Shown here: piece by piece, positions 6,107 to 13,149 of the stretch
Layout of the letters: every line of letters begins with the position of its first letter
Numbering within the stretch: position 1 is the first letter of the stretch
Source of the DNA: a virus
Virus record (IMG/VR): IMGVR_UViG_3300028830_000027
Coordinates: 1-39,188 of that record
DNA: 39,188 bases
Reading direction: 5' to 3' (one strand)
Made by a program: the position numbers and the translations under genes
The notes under the pieces: model-generated
The model's database searches: none
What the model was told of the DNA's origin: nothing
The model's input: only the letters and a program-made list of their open reading frames with translations

Positions 6107-6636
6107 GCAAACCTTACGCACGGTATAAGTTGCCAGCGAACATCGGTAACGGCAAAACAGTTTCCTTATTCCCCTCGTATGTATCCAATGGACACTGGGC
6201 CGTCGCAAAGGCACGGCTCACTAACGCACCCTTGTTCGCGGATGAAACCAGTGTGAAGGCCTACCTTAAAGGCAAGACTCTCATACACACCCAAATAGCA
6301 GACGAATGGATCCACCAGATCAATACGGCCATACAGGCACCAAAAAAGTACACGGCGACCAAGTTTGTACAGGTTTTGGGGAGGGTTGAGTGCCGTATCT
6401 TCCGGTGCGCGGAGACTGGCGACCTTGCTCAATTTGATCGGAGCTATCTCGCGTTATTTGAGTTAGATCAAGTAGATAGCGTGTTGTGGGGCACGTCAGA
6501 TAAGACTGCATTTCGTGACACCGAAGACGCAGAGGACATGTCTTTAATCGTCATGCCCGTTCGCATGGACTTTGCACATGTCACAAGTATATTCGGCAAG
6601 GCAATAGAAACCTTCACGAAGGAGTCAGCAAAATGA
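6103..6636 (+). CDS. Hypothetical protein (177 aa) with weak sliding-clamp-like motifs
   Basis: AAGGAG SD. SNGHWAVA, FDRSYL and a C-terminal LIVMPVRM recall the DnaN motifs TDGHRLA, FN.YL and MPMRL. The resemblance is at motif level only. Confidence 0.7.
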   Translation: MSKPYARYKLPANIGNGKTVSLFPSYVSNGHWAVAKARLTNAPLFADETSVKAYLKGKTLIHTQIADEWIHQINTAIQAPKKYTATKFVQVLGRVECRIFRCAETGDLAQFDRSYLALFELDQVDSVLWGTSDKTAFRDTEDAEDMSLIVMPVRMDFAHVTSIFGKAIETFTKESAK

Positions 6637-6860
6637 CAAACAGAAAGTTAGGGCTCGCAATCATTGGCGGGTTTCTTCTTGGTACCGTGTTAGGCGTTGG
6701 CATTGGAGCGGTTGACGTGAGTGTTCACGTGTACGTCAGTGAAGGACCTACGACACAAGAGGACTTCTCAGATGAAGGTGTCGGTTGCATAGACGATTGC
6801 CTTGACGCGGAGCTGAGCACCGATCTTGCAACCCCTAGCGTACCAGAGGAGGGTATCTAA
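6633..6860 (+). CDS. Small membrane protein (75 aa, one TM helix, acidic tail)
   Basis: AAGGAG SD and ATGA overlap. The hydrophobic segment is LGLAIIGGFLLGTVLGVGIGAV. Confidence 0.7.
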   Translation: MTNRKLGLAIIGGFLLGTVLGVGIGAVDVSVHVYVSEGPTTQEDFSDEGVGCIDDCLDAELSTDLATPSVPEEGI

Positions 6861-6861
6861 C

Positions 6862-7050
6862 ATGCGCGTCGCTGAATTGATGGAATACATGGGGAAAGTA
6901 GGCCTTGTGTACTACGGAGATATGCAGGTAGAGGTACGTGTGAAGGACATTCAGTACAAATTTGGTCGTCCTTCGTTCCTGGTCGAACCCGTTGCAGGTG
7001 AAGGGCAAATGTGGTTAGAGCATGTCATGTTTAAAGGAGATGTGTTATGA
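6862..7050 (+). CDS. Small protein (62 aa), paralog of 5369..5539
   Basis: ATG 6862 with GAGGAGGG upstream, which I prefer to the longer listed ORF starting at 6826. Confidence 0.7.
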   Translation: MRVAELMEYMGKVGLVYYGDMQVEVRVKDIQYKFGRPSFLVEPVAGEGQMWLEHVMFKGDVL

Positions 7051-7211
7051 ACCTGACGCAATTTGTTCGCGCTCAAGGCGAGCTAGTCGCATGGTTACGC
7101 GATGGCGGCACCATCGAGACGTACTTAGCAGAACGACAGAGGCAAGCGTACAAGACAGGCAATCTAGAGTCTGTCCGATGCGTGCACCCTACAGACGCGA
7201 ACACCCATTGA
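7047..7211 (+). CDS. Small protein (54 aa; MNLTQFVRAQGELVAWLRDGG...)
   Basis: AAAGGAGA SD and an ATGA stop-start overlap with the preceding gene. Below the ORF-track length cutoff. Confidence 0.55.
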   Translation: MNLTQFVRAQGELVAWLRDGGTIETYLAERQRQAYKTGNLESVRCVHPTDANTH

Positions 7212-7224
7212 GAAAGGAGCCGCC

Positions 7225-7884
7225 ATGTTACCTATAAGCCGATTGACCAAAGACCAGTCGTTAACTGAGTTCAAAACTTGGACAGAAAATAAGCAGCGTT
7301 ACAAACTCACAGTGACCATTCGCTACGATGACCGCTGTGGAAATGGGCACAATACTTTTTCGGTCACTGGCGTGTTACACGTCAACGGGCGCTGGGATTC
7401 ATGCGGGTGCTTGCATGACCTGATACAAGAGCGGGTTCCTAAATATAGTCATCTCATTAAATGGCACCTTGTCTCGTCTGACGGACCGATGCACTACATC
7501 GCTAACACCCTCTATCATGTGAGTGACCGGGATTGTTGGGGACTCCGTAAGGGCGAACGGCGACAAATACGCAATGGAAAGACAGGGAAACTTTCGTGGA
7601 GGTCTGCAATACTCGATAGTCAAGGCCAGGAAGTAGAACCCGATAAGTACTTTGACAGTGACACAAAGCCGCCCATTACGTACACGGTCGAGTATGTGCC
7701 GTGGGAGCACATCGGCGAAGGCAAGGCCTGTGAGTTAGACCTTGCTAGATCAACGGCAGTTTGGCCGGACGCCACGGACACGGAATTACTCGCACCGGAC
7801 CTAGAGGCGAAGCTTACCGCGCGGTTGCCTCGGCTACTAGACGAGTTCAGACGAGACATTGAAGCACTGGGTTTTACGTACTAA
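7225..7884 (+). CDS. Hypothetical protein (219 aa), Cys/His-containing
   Basis: AAAGGAG SD. Contains DDRCGNGHNTFSVTG...DSCGCLHDLI. Confidence 0.75.
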   Translation: MLPISRLTKDQSLTEFKTWTENKQRYKLTVTIRYDDRCGNGHNTFSVTGVLHVNGRWDSCGCLHDLIQERVPKYSHLIKWHLVSSDGPMHYIANTLYHVSDRDCWGLRKGERRQIRNGKTGKLSWRSAILDSQGQEVEPDKYFDSDTKPPITYTVEYVPWEHIGEGKACELDLARSTAVWPDATDTELLAPDLEAKLTARLPRLLDEFRRDIEALGFTY

Positions 7885-7910
7885 GGCCCTTACACGAGGA
7901 GTCACGATAT

Positions 7911-8111
7911 ATGAGCTGTCAAGACTGTGCCTATTGGGATCGACAATCAGAGGCGTACACACAAAAAGGCAAGCATGGAGCCCCCGATATTCAGCTACCG
8001 GCGTCCGGCTTATGTACCTATCCGGTGCCGATATGGATAGGACATGGCCTGACAGCTGCGGAGGACGGCGTTGCGTGCCCCACGTTTAAGGAAATGGAGG
8101 ACTCAATATGA
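7911..8111 (+). CDS. Small Cys-containing protein (66 aa)
   Basis: GAGGAG SD. N-terminal CQDC, with further Cys residues later. Confidence 0.6.
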   Translation: MSCQDCAYWDRQSEAYTQKGKHGAPDIQLPASGLCTYPVPIWIGHGLTAAEDGVACPTFKEMEDSI

Positions 8112-8281
8112 GCTTACCGGACCACTTGCTAGACATTGATGAAGTGGAGTATGACGCCTACTGTGACCGGCACGGTCAAGCGTACTTTGAACGGCAAGGG
8201 TGCGTAGAGTGTTACGCAGAGCTGATCGATGACGTGGCGGATGAAGCAATAGAGGACCGTAAACTAACCAGAGGAGTGTGA
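8108..8281 (+). CDS. Small acidic Cys/His protein (57 aa; ...YCDRHGQAYFERQGCVECY...)
   Basis: ATGA overlap with the previous gene, GGAGGA upstream. Below the ORF-track cutoff. Confidence 0.5.
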   Translation: MSLPDHLLDIDEVEYDAYCDRHGQAYFERQGCVECYAELIDDVADEAIEDRKLTRGV

Positions 8282-8284
8282 ACT

Positions 8285-9376
8285 ATGGCGAAAAAGACAG
8301 CATCCACAACAGCAACCGTAGAACCGACCGAACCTGTACCAGCTATCGTGTCAACTGACACATTACTGACCGCACTAACCGTACCACAAGCGGAGACTCC
8401 GCGTGTATGGCCTTGTCTACTGGGACCTACAGGCTGTGGTAAGACGGCGCGTGTCCGTCAACTTGCGGCGACCATGGGGCGGCGACTTGTCAGCCCTCCC
8501 TTGACTCAAGGCCTTCCCGAGGACTTCACCGGACTTCCGCGTGTGACGGCAAGTGGCTATAGCTGGCATTTACCGCCATGGGCCTTACACGCAATCAACG
8601 AACCGACGCTTGTGTTCTTGGACGAAATCGACAAGGCTTGTGAGGACCACCAGAAGATACTCTTGCCCTTGCTTCATGAGCTGGAACTGCATGGAGTCCC
8701 ACTCCACCCGGAGACTACCTTTGTATGCGCCATGAATCAACCCTCGGCCTCATGGCAGCGTACGGAGACAGGAAAGGCGTTGCTCGCACGTGTGGTGGTC
8801 GTCCCCGTGGCACCATCAATTGACTGGCTAAGTGAAAAACATAAGGTTGATTTGTCGGGCGTGTCGTTCAGTTCGACCTGTGATTACACGCCGCAAGCGC
8901 CCTCTATGCGTATGGTTGACTGGTTGCTCGGGTTCTATACGTCGCATAGCCAGCACGCGGACCTGTGTAAGCATGTGGGTGCGTTGGCACTCGGCACGAC
9001 GATCGCGGACAACCTCTATCAACGCTATACGGAAACGTTGCGCCTGTCCCCGCAAAATGTGTGCGAAGCTCTGAATAGCGACGTGGAACTCTTAACCCGT
9101 ATGACTGTACGCGAAGTGGTCAACCTGGCAGCGTCCGCGTGTCGCTGGTGTGAAGGTCCGGCCTACAAAGCAGTCCTCAAAAAAGTGATACTAGAAGGCA
9201 CGGTCGAGGATGGTGAAGAATTCTTCCGTGTCCAAAATGAGTATGTCAGTACCGCCCTGGCTGCGTCGCCAGCAGGTATTAATCTGTTCGGGGACGCGTC
9301 AGAAAGCGACATGATGAAAGCGTTGCGGGAGGCGGCGGAGGATATCGCGGCTGTCTGGCAAGCCGCCTCAAAGTGA
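8285..9376 (+). CDS. MoxR-like AAA+ ATPase
   Basis: Walker A GPTGCGKT, Walker B LVFLDEIDKA, sensor-1-like FVCAMNQ. GAGGAG SD. Confidence 0.8.
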   Translation: MAKKTASTTATVEPTEPVPAIVSTDTLLTALTVPQAETPRVWPCLLGPTGCGKTARVRQLAATMGRRLVSPPLTQGLPEDFTGLPRVTASGYSWHLPPWALHAINEPTLVFLDEIDKACEDHQKILLPLLHELELHGVPLHPETTFVCAMNQPSASWQRTETGKALLARVVVVPVAPSIDWLSEKHKVDLSGVSFSSTCDYTPQAPSMRMVDWLLGFYTSHSQHADLCKHVGALALGTTIADNLYQRYTETLRLSPQNVCEALNSDVELLTRMTVREVVNLAASACRWCEGPAYKAVLKKVILEGTVEDGEEFFRVQNEYVSTALAASPAGINLFGDASESDMMKALREAAEDIAAVWQAASK

Positions 9377-9702
9377 GGGGACACATGTTTGCAAGTCGTT
9401 TAAAATCGAACGTTGTATTTATTTCGGTTGGAATTGGAGTTCGCGTGCCTTTGGTTCCGAGGTGGGTTTGGATTGAAACAACCAAAATTCGACTAATGTC
9501 GTCACAAGGCGACGTTGTACGGCCCATCGCGAGGTGAGGGTAGATATGGTTTATAAAAAATCGAGCACATTTTGGGTTGGTCATCGTGAGTTATTTGTTC
9601 GAGGCCTCTTGGATTCTAGTTATACGTGGATAAGTGTGCTAAACGGTCGTCCGGCATTTGAGTACTATCCTATATCACGACCGACCAAAGAAAGGACCCA
9701 CC

Positions 9703-10776
9703 ATGGAACGTGATTGGGTTGCCTTACGTGACAACATACTCGCGGTGATGGCGTGGGCGAAAATCAAATTTGTGCACACCGCAGAGTACCCTCGGCCTTG
9801 TGTGTACTGGCGTGAAGGCGCGTTCACCATTGACGGCGGGCAAGCCTGGGGCACCTACACGCCCGCTGAACAATACTTTGTCCTCTTACACGAGTACGCG
9901 CATGTGACACGTGGGGACCTGCGTATGAAGAAGGTCGATCATCGACGCTGGAATATCGCCGCCGACGCAGTGATTAACCATAGTTTGCAAGGTCTGACCG
10001 AGGGGGCGTTGTGGGAAACGGTCATAACTTATGACAAGCTCCGGGCACAATACCCCGCATTACCTGTTACAATCCCGACAACCCGCGCGATCTATGAGGT
10101 GTTACAGGAGGACGCCGATCAGAGCCCCGATGACTACACGCCCTGTGGGGGTGACGAGAAAGACGACAAGGCAATCATACAAGCCACTTTTCGGGCAATC
10201 CTCGGCGCGAAGCAGTTACCCGACGGCGCAAAGGTCTGTATAGAAGGCTCTGGGTGGTCCCTGTCGGAAGGTCCGGCCCGTGCCTTAGCGTTGCCTGACG
10301 TTGCAGCGTGTACACAGCTCATGGAAATCCTACGCTTGATCCGTAGTAAACCAGTCGGGTATAAACAAACGCGGTCATATATGCGCGAAGGCCGCGTAGC
10401 GTCGTTACGGGGGGTTCAAAGGGTCCCTCGTCCGTCCGTTGCCGTCGCCTTGGATGTGTCAGGGTCCGTGAGTGACGGAGATATCCAGCGTGCCCGTAAT
10501 ATTGCGGAGTACTTACACGAGAACGGGTACACAGTCCGGTATGTGGTGTGGGCGTCTAGTGCCGCTATCTGGCCTGGGATCGGTCCGTTACCAGCGGTCG
10601 GTTCCACTACCGACATGCGCCCGGCCATTGCGTTGACACAGGACGATGAAGTTGTGGTGTGGTTAAGTGATGGCCTGTGCGCGTCGAACCCGGTCGAAGG
10701 CCAGCGTCATATCTGGGTAGGCCCCGCGAGTATCACGCAGCAACCGGGCGAACACGTCGAATGGGCACGGGGGTGA
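9703..10776 (+). CDS. VWA-domain protein with an N-terminal HExxH metallopeptidase-like domain (DUF2201-type architecture)
   Basis: LLHEYAHVTRGD (HExxH) followed by NIAADAVINH. MIDAS motif ALDVSGSVSD and a late VVVWLSDG. ATG 9703 preferred to TTG 9658. Confidence 0.75.
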   Translation: MERDWVALRDNILAVMAWAKIKFVHTAEYPRPCVYWREGAFTIDGGQAWGTYTPAEQYFVLLHEYAHVTRGDLRMKKVDHRRWNIAADAVINHSLQGLTEGALWETVITYDKLRAQYPALPVTIPTTRAIYEVLQEDADQSPDDYTPCGGDEKDDKAIIQATFRAILGAKQLPDGAKVCIEGSGWSLSEGPARALALPDVAACTQLMEILRLIRSKPVGYKQTRSYMREGRVASLRGVQRVPRPSVAVALDVSGSVSDGDIQRARNIAEYLHENGYTVRYVVWASSAAIWPGIGPLPAVGSTTDMRPAIALTQDDEVVVWLSDGLCASNPVEGQRHIWVGPASITQQPGEHVEWARG

Positions 10777-11076
10777 GATGACATACTTTAAACGGAGTCC
10801 AGCAGTCTCGATAAAACCGTACGGCGTTATCTTAGTTTTTACACGCGTGCAGTCAGGAGCCGTATGTATCAATATGACGTGGACAGTCAGGCCAGACCTA
10901 CGATGAGTGAGAAATGACCTATACAGCGAACCATACAACAACGCGGCTTACAAGCACATTCGTACGGGTACTTACTCGAAGCTGTTATACTAGCTTCATT
11001 TTCGTGTATAGTGTTCAAACGTTTGACCGTTCCGTTCGTCGCCCAAACTGTTAACATTCACCATAAGGAGGTTCCT

Positions 11077-11274
11077 ATGCGTTGCCCACGTTGCCAAGGT
11101 TTACTAGTCCGTGACTCATTCAACAATGTTCGCTTAGAAGACGCGCAGGTACACGCTGCCGTCCGGTGTGTCAACTGCGGGTTCATCGCTGACCAACTCA
11201 TACTCGCGCGATGGCTGAGTTACCGGCAACAAGCGTCCGCCGAGGTGCCTGTATCCGAGGTGTCCCATGCGTAA
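11077..11274 (+). CDS. Zinc-ribbon protein (65 aa)
   Basis: AAGGAGG SD. CPRC...CVNC spaced about 30 aa apart. Overlaps the next gene by 8 nt. Confidence 0.7.
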   Translation: MRCPRCQGLLVRDSFNNVRLEDAQVHAAVRCVNCGFIADQLILARWLSYRQQASAEVPVSEVSHA

Positions 11275-11587
11275 GGGCGCAGTGAGCCGATCGAATACGC
11301 TTGAAGAATGGTACTTGGACGCGTTGGCGTTCTTGTACCAGCGGTATAGGTACGAAAACGATGTGTTCCTTGACGATGTAGCTGGTCGTTTTGCTGTGCG
11401 TGCGACCTGTGCTTGGAAACGCTTTGACCCAAGTAGAGGCAAAGCCTTCACGTTCCTGTGTTGGATTGCGCGTGCGGCCTACAGTGATGCCGTCACGCAC
11501 AGAAAACGGGGCCGTGACCTCATGGGGGGCCTACACCGGGAGCGTATGACAGAGGAGTGGTTACATCAGTGTGTTGGCAGTGAATGA
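11267..11587 (+). CDS. Sigma-70 region-2-like protein lacking region 4 (106 aa)
   Basis: DDVAGRFAVRATCAWKRFDPSRGKAFTFLCWIARAAYSDAVTHRKRGR fits the ECF/sigma-70 region 2 pattern (FDP..G.F..WL..IA.N...D..R..R). Only about 25 aa follow. Confidence 0.6.
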   Translation: MRKGAVSRSNTLEEWYLDALAFLYQRYRYENDVFLDDVAGRFAVRATCAWKRFDPSRGKAFTFLCWIARAAYSDAVTHRKRGRDLMGGLHRERMTEEWLHQCVGSE

Positions 11588-11603
11588 GCCGGAAAGGAAC
11601 CAT

Positions 11604-11768
11604 ATGACGTATAACCCACTCCGTCTTATCATCGCTGTCACAGGCCGTGGTATTTGGTTCGATCCCCCAAGGTATCGACTAGTTATTCACGCAAACGAGG
11701 TGTTAAGTGAATTTCAAAGGACGCCCGTGCGTCGTCCGTGTGACCAGGCGAACGTAGGTGGCACATGA
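11604..11768 (+). CDS. Mini-protein A (54 aa; MTYNPLRLIIAVTGRGIWF...)
   Basis: AAGGA SD. The stop overlaps the next ATG (ATGA). Confidence 0.5.
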   Translation: MTYNPLRLIIAVTGRGIWFDPPRYRLVIHANEVLSEFQRTPVRRPCDQANVGGT

Positions 11769-11920
11769 CCTACCGCTGTTACCATCGTTGGTTTACCCAT
11801 ACTGCGATGTACGTGTCCATCGCGAAAGAAGACGGTTTATATAGTATTGCCTCGTTTAACGTGCGTTATGGGCATAGTCGCTACGCACTTCGGGTTGAGC
11901 CTAAAAAAAGCGTGAGGTGA
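11765..11920 (+). CDS. Mini-protein B (51 aa; MTYRCYHRWF...SIAKEDGLYSI...)
   Basis: ATGA overlap upstream, AGGTGG 3 nt before the ATG. The stop is 1 nt before the next ATG. Confidence 0.45.
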   Translation: MTYRCYHRWFTHTAMYVSIAKEDGLYSIASFNVRYGHSRYALRVEPKKSVR

Positions 11921-11921
11921 T

Positions 11922-12074
11922 ATGAGGTACGCAAGTGGCAGGAGATTAGCAATTGGTTCGCTTGGGGTATTTAGTTATTCATACAACATTTTGGTGACAG
12001 TTACACAGGTGTCTCATGGAAAAGACGGCTACAAGGCACACAAACGCCCGGCACAGGAGGCCGCCTCGAAATGA
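11922..12074 (+). CDS. Mini-protein C (50 aa; MRYASGRRLAIGSLGVFSY...)
   Basis: GAGGTG just upstream. ATGA overlap with mini-protein D. Confidence 0.45.
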   Translation: MRYASGRRLAIGSLGVFSYSYNILVTVTQVSHGKDGYKAHKRPAQEAASK

Positions 12075-12253
12075 CGTACACCACGGAGTATAAGCGTACA
12101 GGGCCTATTATTATAGGCGTTAGTGGTATCTACGTAAACCAACTATGCGATTTATCTAAAACGATATACATATATGCCTGTGGAATGCGTACCTTAATCA
12201 AAGTGGGTCATCAGTATGTTTGGGGACCGAGGGAGGGGGATGATGTTATATAA
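12071..12253 (+). CDS. Mini-protein D (60 aa; MTYTTEYKRTGPIIIGVSGIYV...)
   Basis: AGGAGG 10 nt upstream. Listed in the ORF track. Confidence 0.55.
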   Translation: MTYTTEYKRTGPIIIGVSGIYVNQLCDLSKTIYIYACGMRTLIKVGHQYVWGPREGDDVI

Positions 12254-12419
12254 GTACAATCGACGGGTTTTCATCGGTGTCGCCGGTCTGATAACGTATC
12301 CACAGTCCTGCGCCATCCCCCATTTCGCGTGTAACCGCGTCTGTTTTCACTCGGTACGGTTGGCGGAGGTGGGGCAAATAGAACGGCCTATGTGCGGGCG
12401 AGACCGGAGTAAACGATGA
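12240..12419 (+). CDS. Mini-protein E (59 aa; MMLYKYNRRVFIGVAGLITY...)
   Basis: AGGGAGGGGG directly upstream. Overlaps D by 14 nt. ATGA overlap with F. Confidence 0.55.
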   Translation: MMLYKYNRRVFIGVAGLITYPQSCAIPHFACNRVCFHSVRLAEVGQIERPMCGRDRSKR

Positions 12420-12577
12420 TATACCACATGAAGTCGCCCATTATGACCAGCACCAAGGGCGTACGTGTACTGACCCGAGTGCGCGGTTGTACAGTCCTTC
12501 TTGAGGCTCCTTGTGTGTTTTGTGCTGGAATGTATGTTGTGGTTCGCCCTGGTACTCGGAAAAAGTTTACACCATGA
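12416..12577 (+). CDS. Mini-protein F (53 aa; MIYHMKSP...GCTVLLEAPCVFCAG...)
   Basis: GGAG 6 nt upstream. ATGA overlaps at both ends. Confidence 0.45.
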   Translation: MIYHMKSPIMTSTKGVRVLTRVRGCTVLLEAPCVFCAGMYVVVRPGTRKKFTP

Positions 12578-12765
12578 AATATATACAAGGTTTTATTCAC
12601 CTGGGAGTCGCGGGGGTACACGTGAGGACTGTACCTGGTATGACTAACATGTCGTTCTTGCATAGCGTTGGCGTGCACTATGTACGGATAGGGCGTAATG
12701 GCGAGGTTTTACGCTATACCGGTCGCGACGACTTCGATGGAGACCAAACCCATGACTTATACTAG
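12574..12765 (+). CDS. Mini-protein G (63 aa; MKYIQGFIHLGVAGVHV...)
   Basis: ATGA overlap with F. This is the C-terminal part of the listed ORF 12511..12765. Confidence 0.5.
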   Translation: MKYIQGFIHLGVAGVHVRTVPGMTNMSFLHSVGVHYVRIGRNGEVLRYTGRDDFDGDQTHDLY

Positions 12766-12895
12766 TAAGACCCTCTATATTGACCAAGGCGGGCTGTTTA
12801 CCGCTCACATAAGCGTCAGGGTGCAGCTTGTCAGAAAACGAGAGAGGTACCTGTATCGACCTGACCCAAAGCCGCTTACGTCGCCGCGCTCGTAA
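12752..12895 (+). CDS. Mini-protein H (47 aa; MTYTSKTLYIDQGGLFT...)
   Basis: GGAG 9 nt upstream. Overlaps G by 14 nt. Confidence 0.45.
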   Translation: MTYTSKTLYIDQGGLFTAHISVRVQLVRKRERYLYRPDPKPLTSPRS

Positions 12896-12972
12896 GGTCT
12901 GGTAAAACCCTCAATCCATTATTCCGTGAACCGCGCCGCCAAACAAGCACGCAGGCAACGAGGTAGTAAAAA

Positions 12973-13149
12973 ATGGTCTATACGAATATGTCCGTGCGAA
13001 TTGACAACGACGGGATCTATTTTAACTCAGAGTTAGACGATGTGGCGTGTAGTATAGCTGTAGATATGTCGATCTTTAACGATAATATTGGATGGGCCTA
13101 TCGCCCCGACGCCCTCTCAACCCTTCGCGAGACTATCAAGATCCGGTAA
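12973..13149 (+). CDS. Mini-protein I (58 aa; MVYTNMSVRIDNDGIYF...)
   Basis: GAGGT 8 nt upstream. Its 3' end overlaps the convergent gene 13117..13848 by 33 nt, which lowers confidence. Confidence 0.35.
   Translation: MVYTNMSVRIDNDGIYFNSELDDVACSIAVDMSIFNDNIGWAYRPDALSTLRETIKIR

Noticed and set aside
7022-7237. 71-aa listed ORF overlapping 7047..7211
   Set aside because: The alternative 54-aa frame has an AAAGGAGA SD and an ATGA stop-start junction with the previous gene. The listed frame has neither, and it runs into the next gene's start.
9279-9584. 101-aa minus-strand ORF across the MoxR 3' end and the spacer
   Set aside because: Wrong strand for the arm, no SD, and a Pro/Arg/Thr-rich product that overlaps the ATPase C-terminus.
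11007-11012. Sigma-70 promoter upstream of the zinc-ribbon/sigma-like operon (gtgTATAGTg)
   Set aside because: The -10-like hexamer is present and resembles the capsid promoter -10, but no acceptable -35 lies 16-18 nt upstream (best candidate TTATAC). It is kept only as a note in the capsid-promoter finding.
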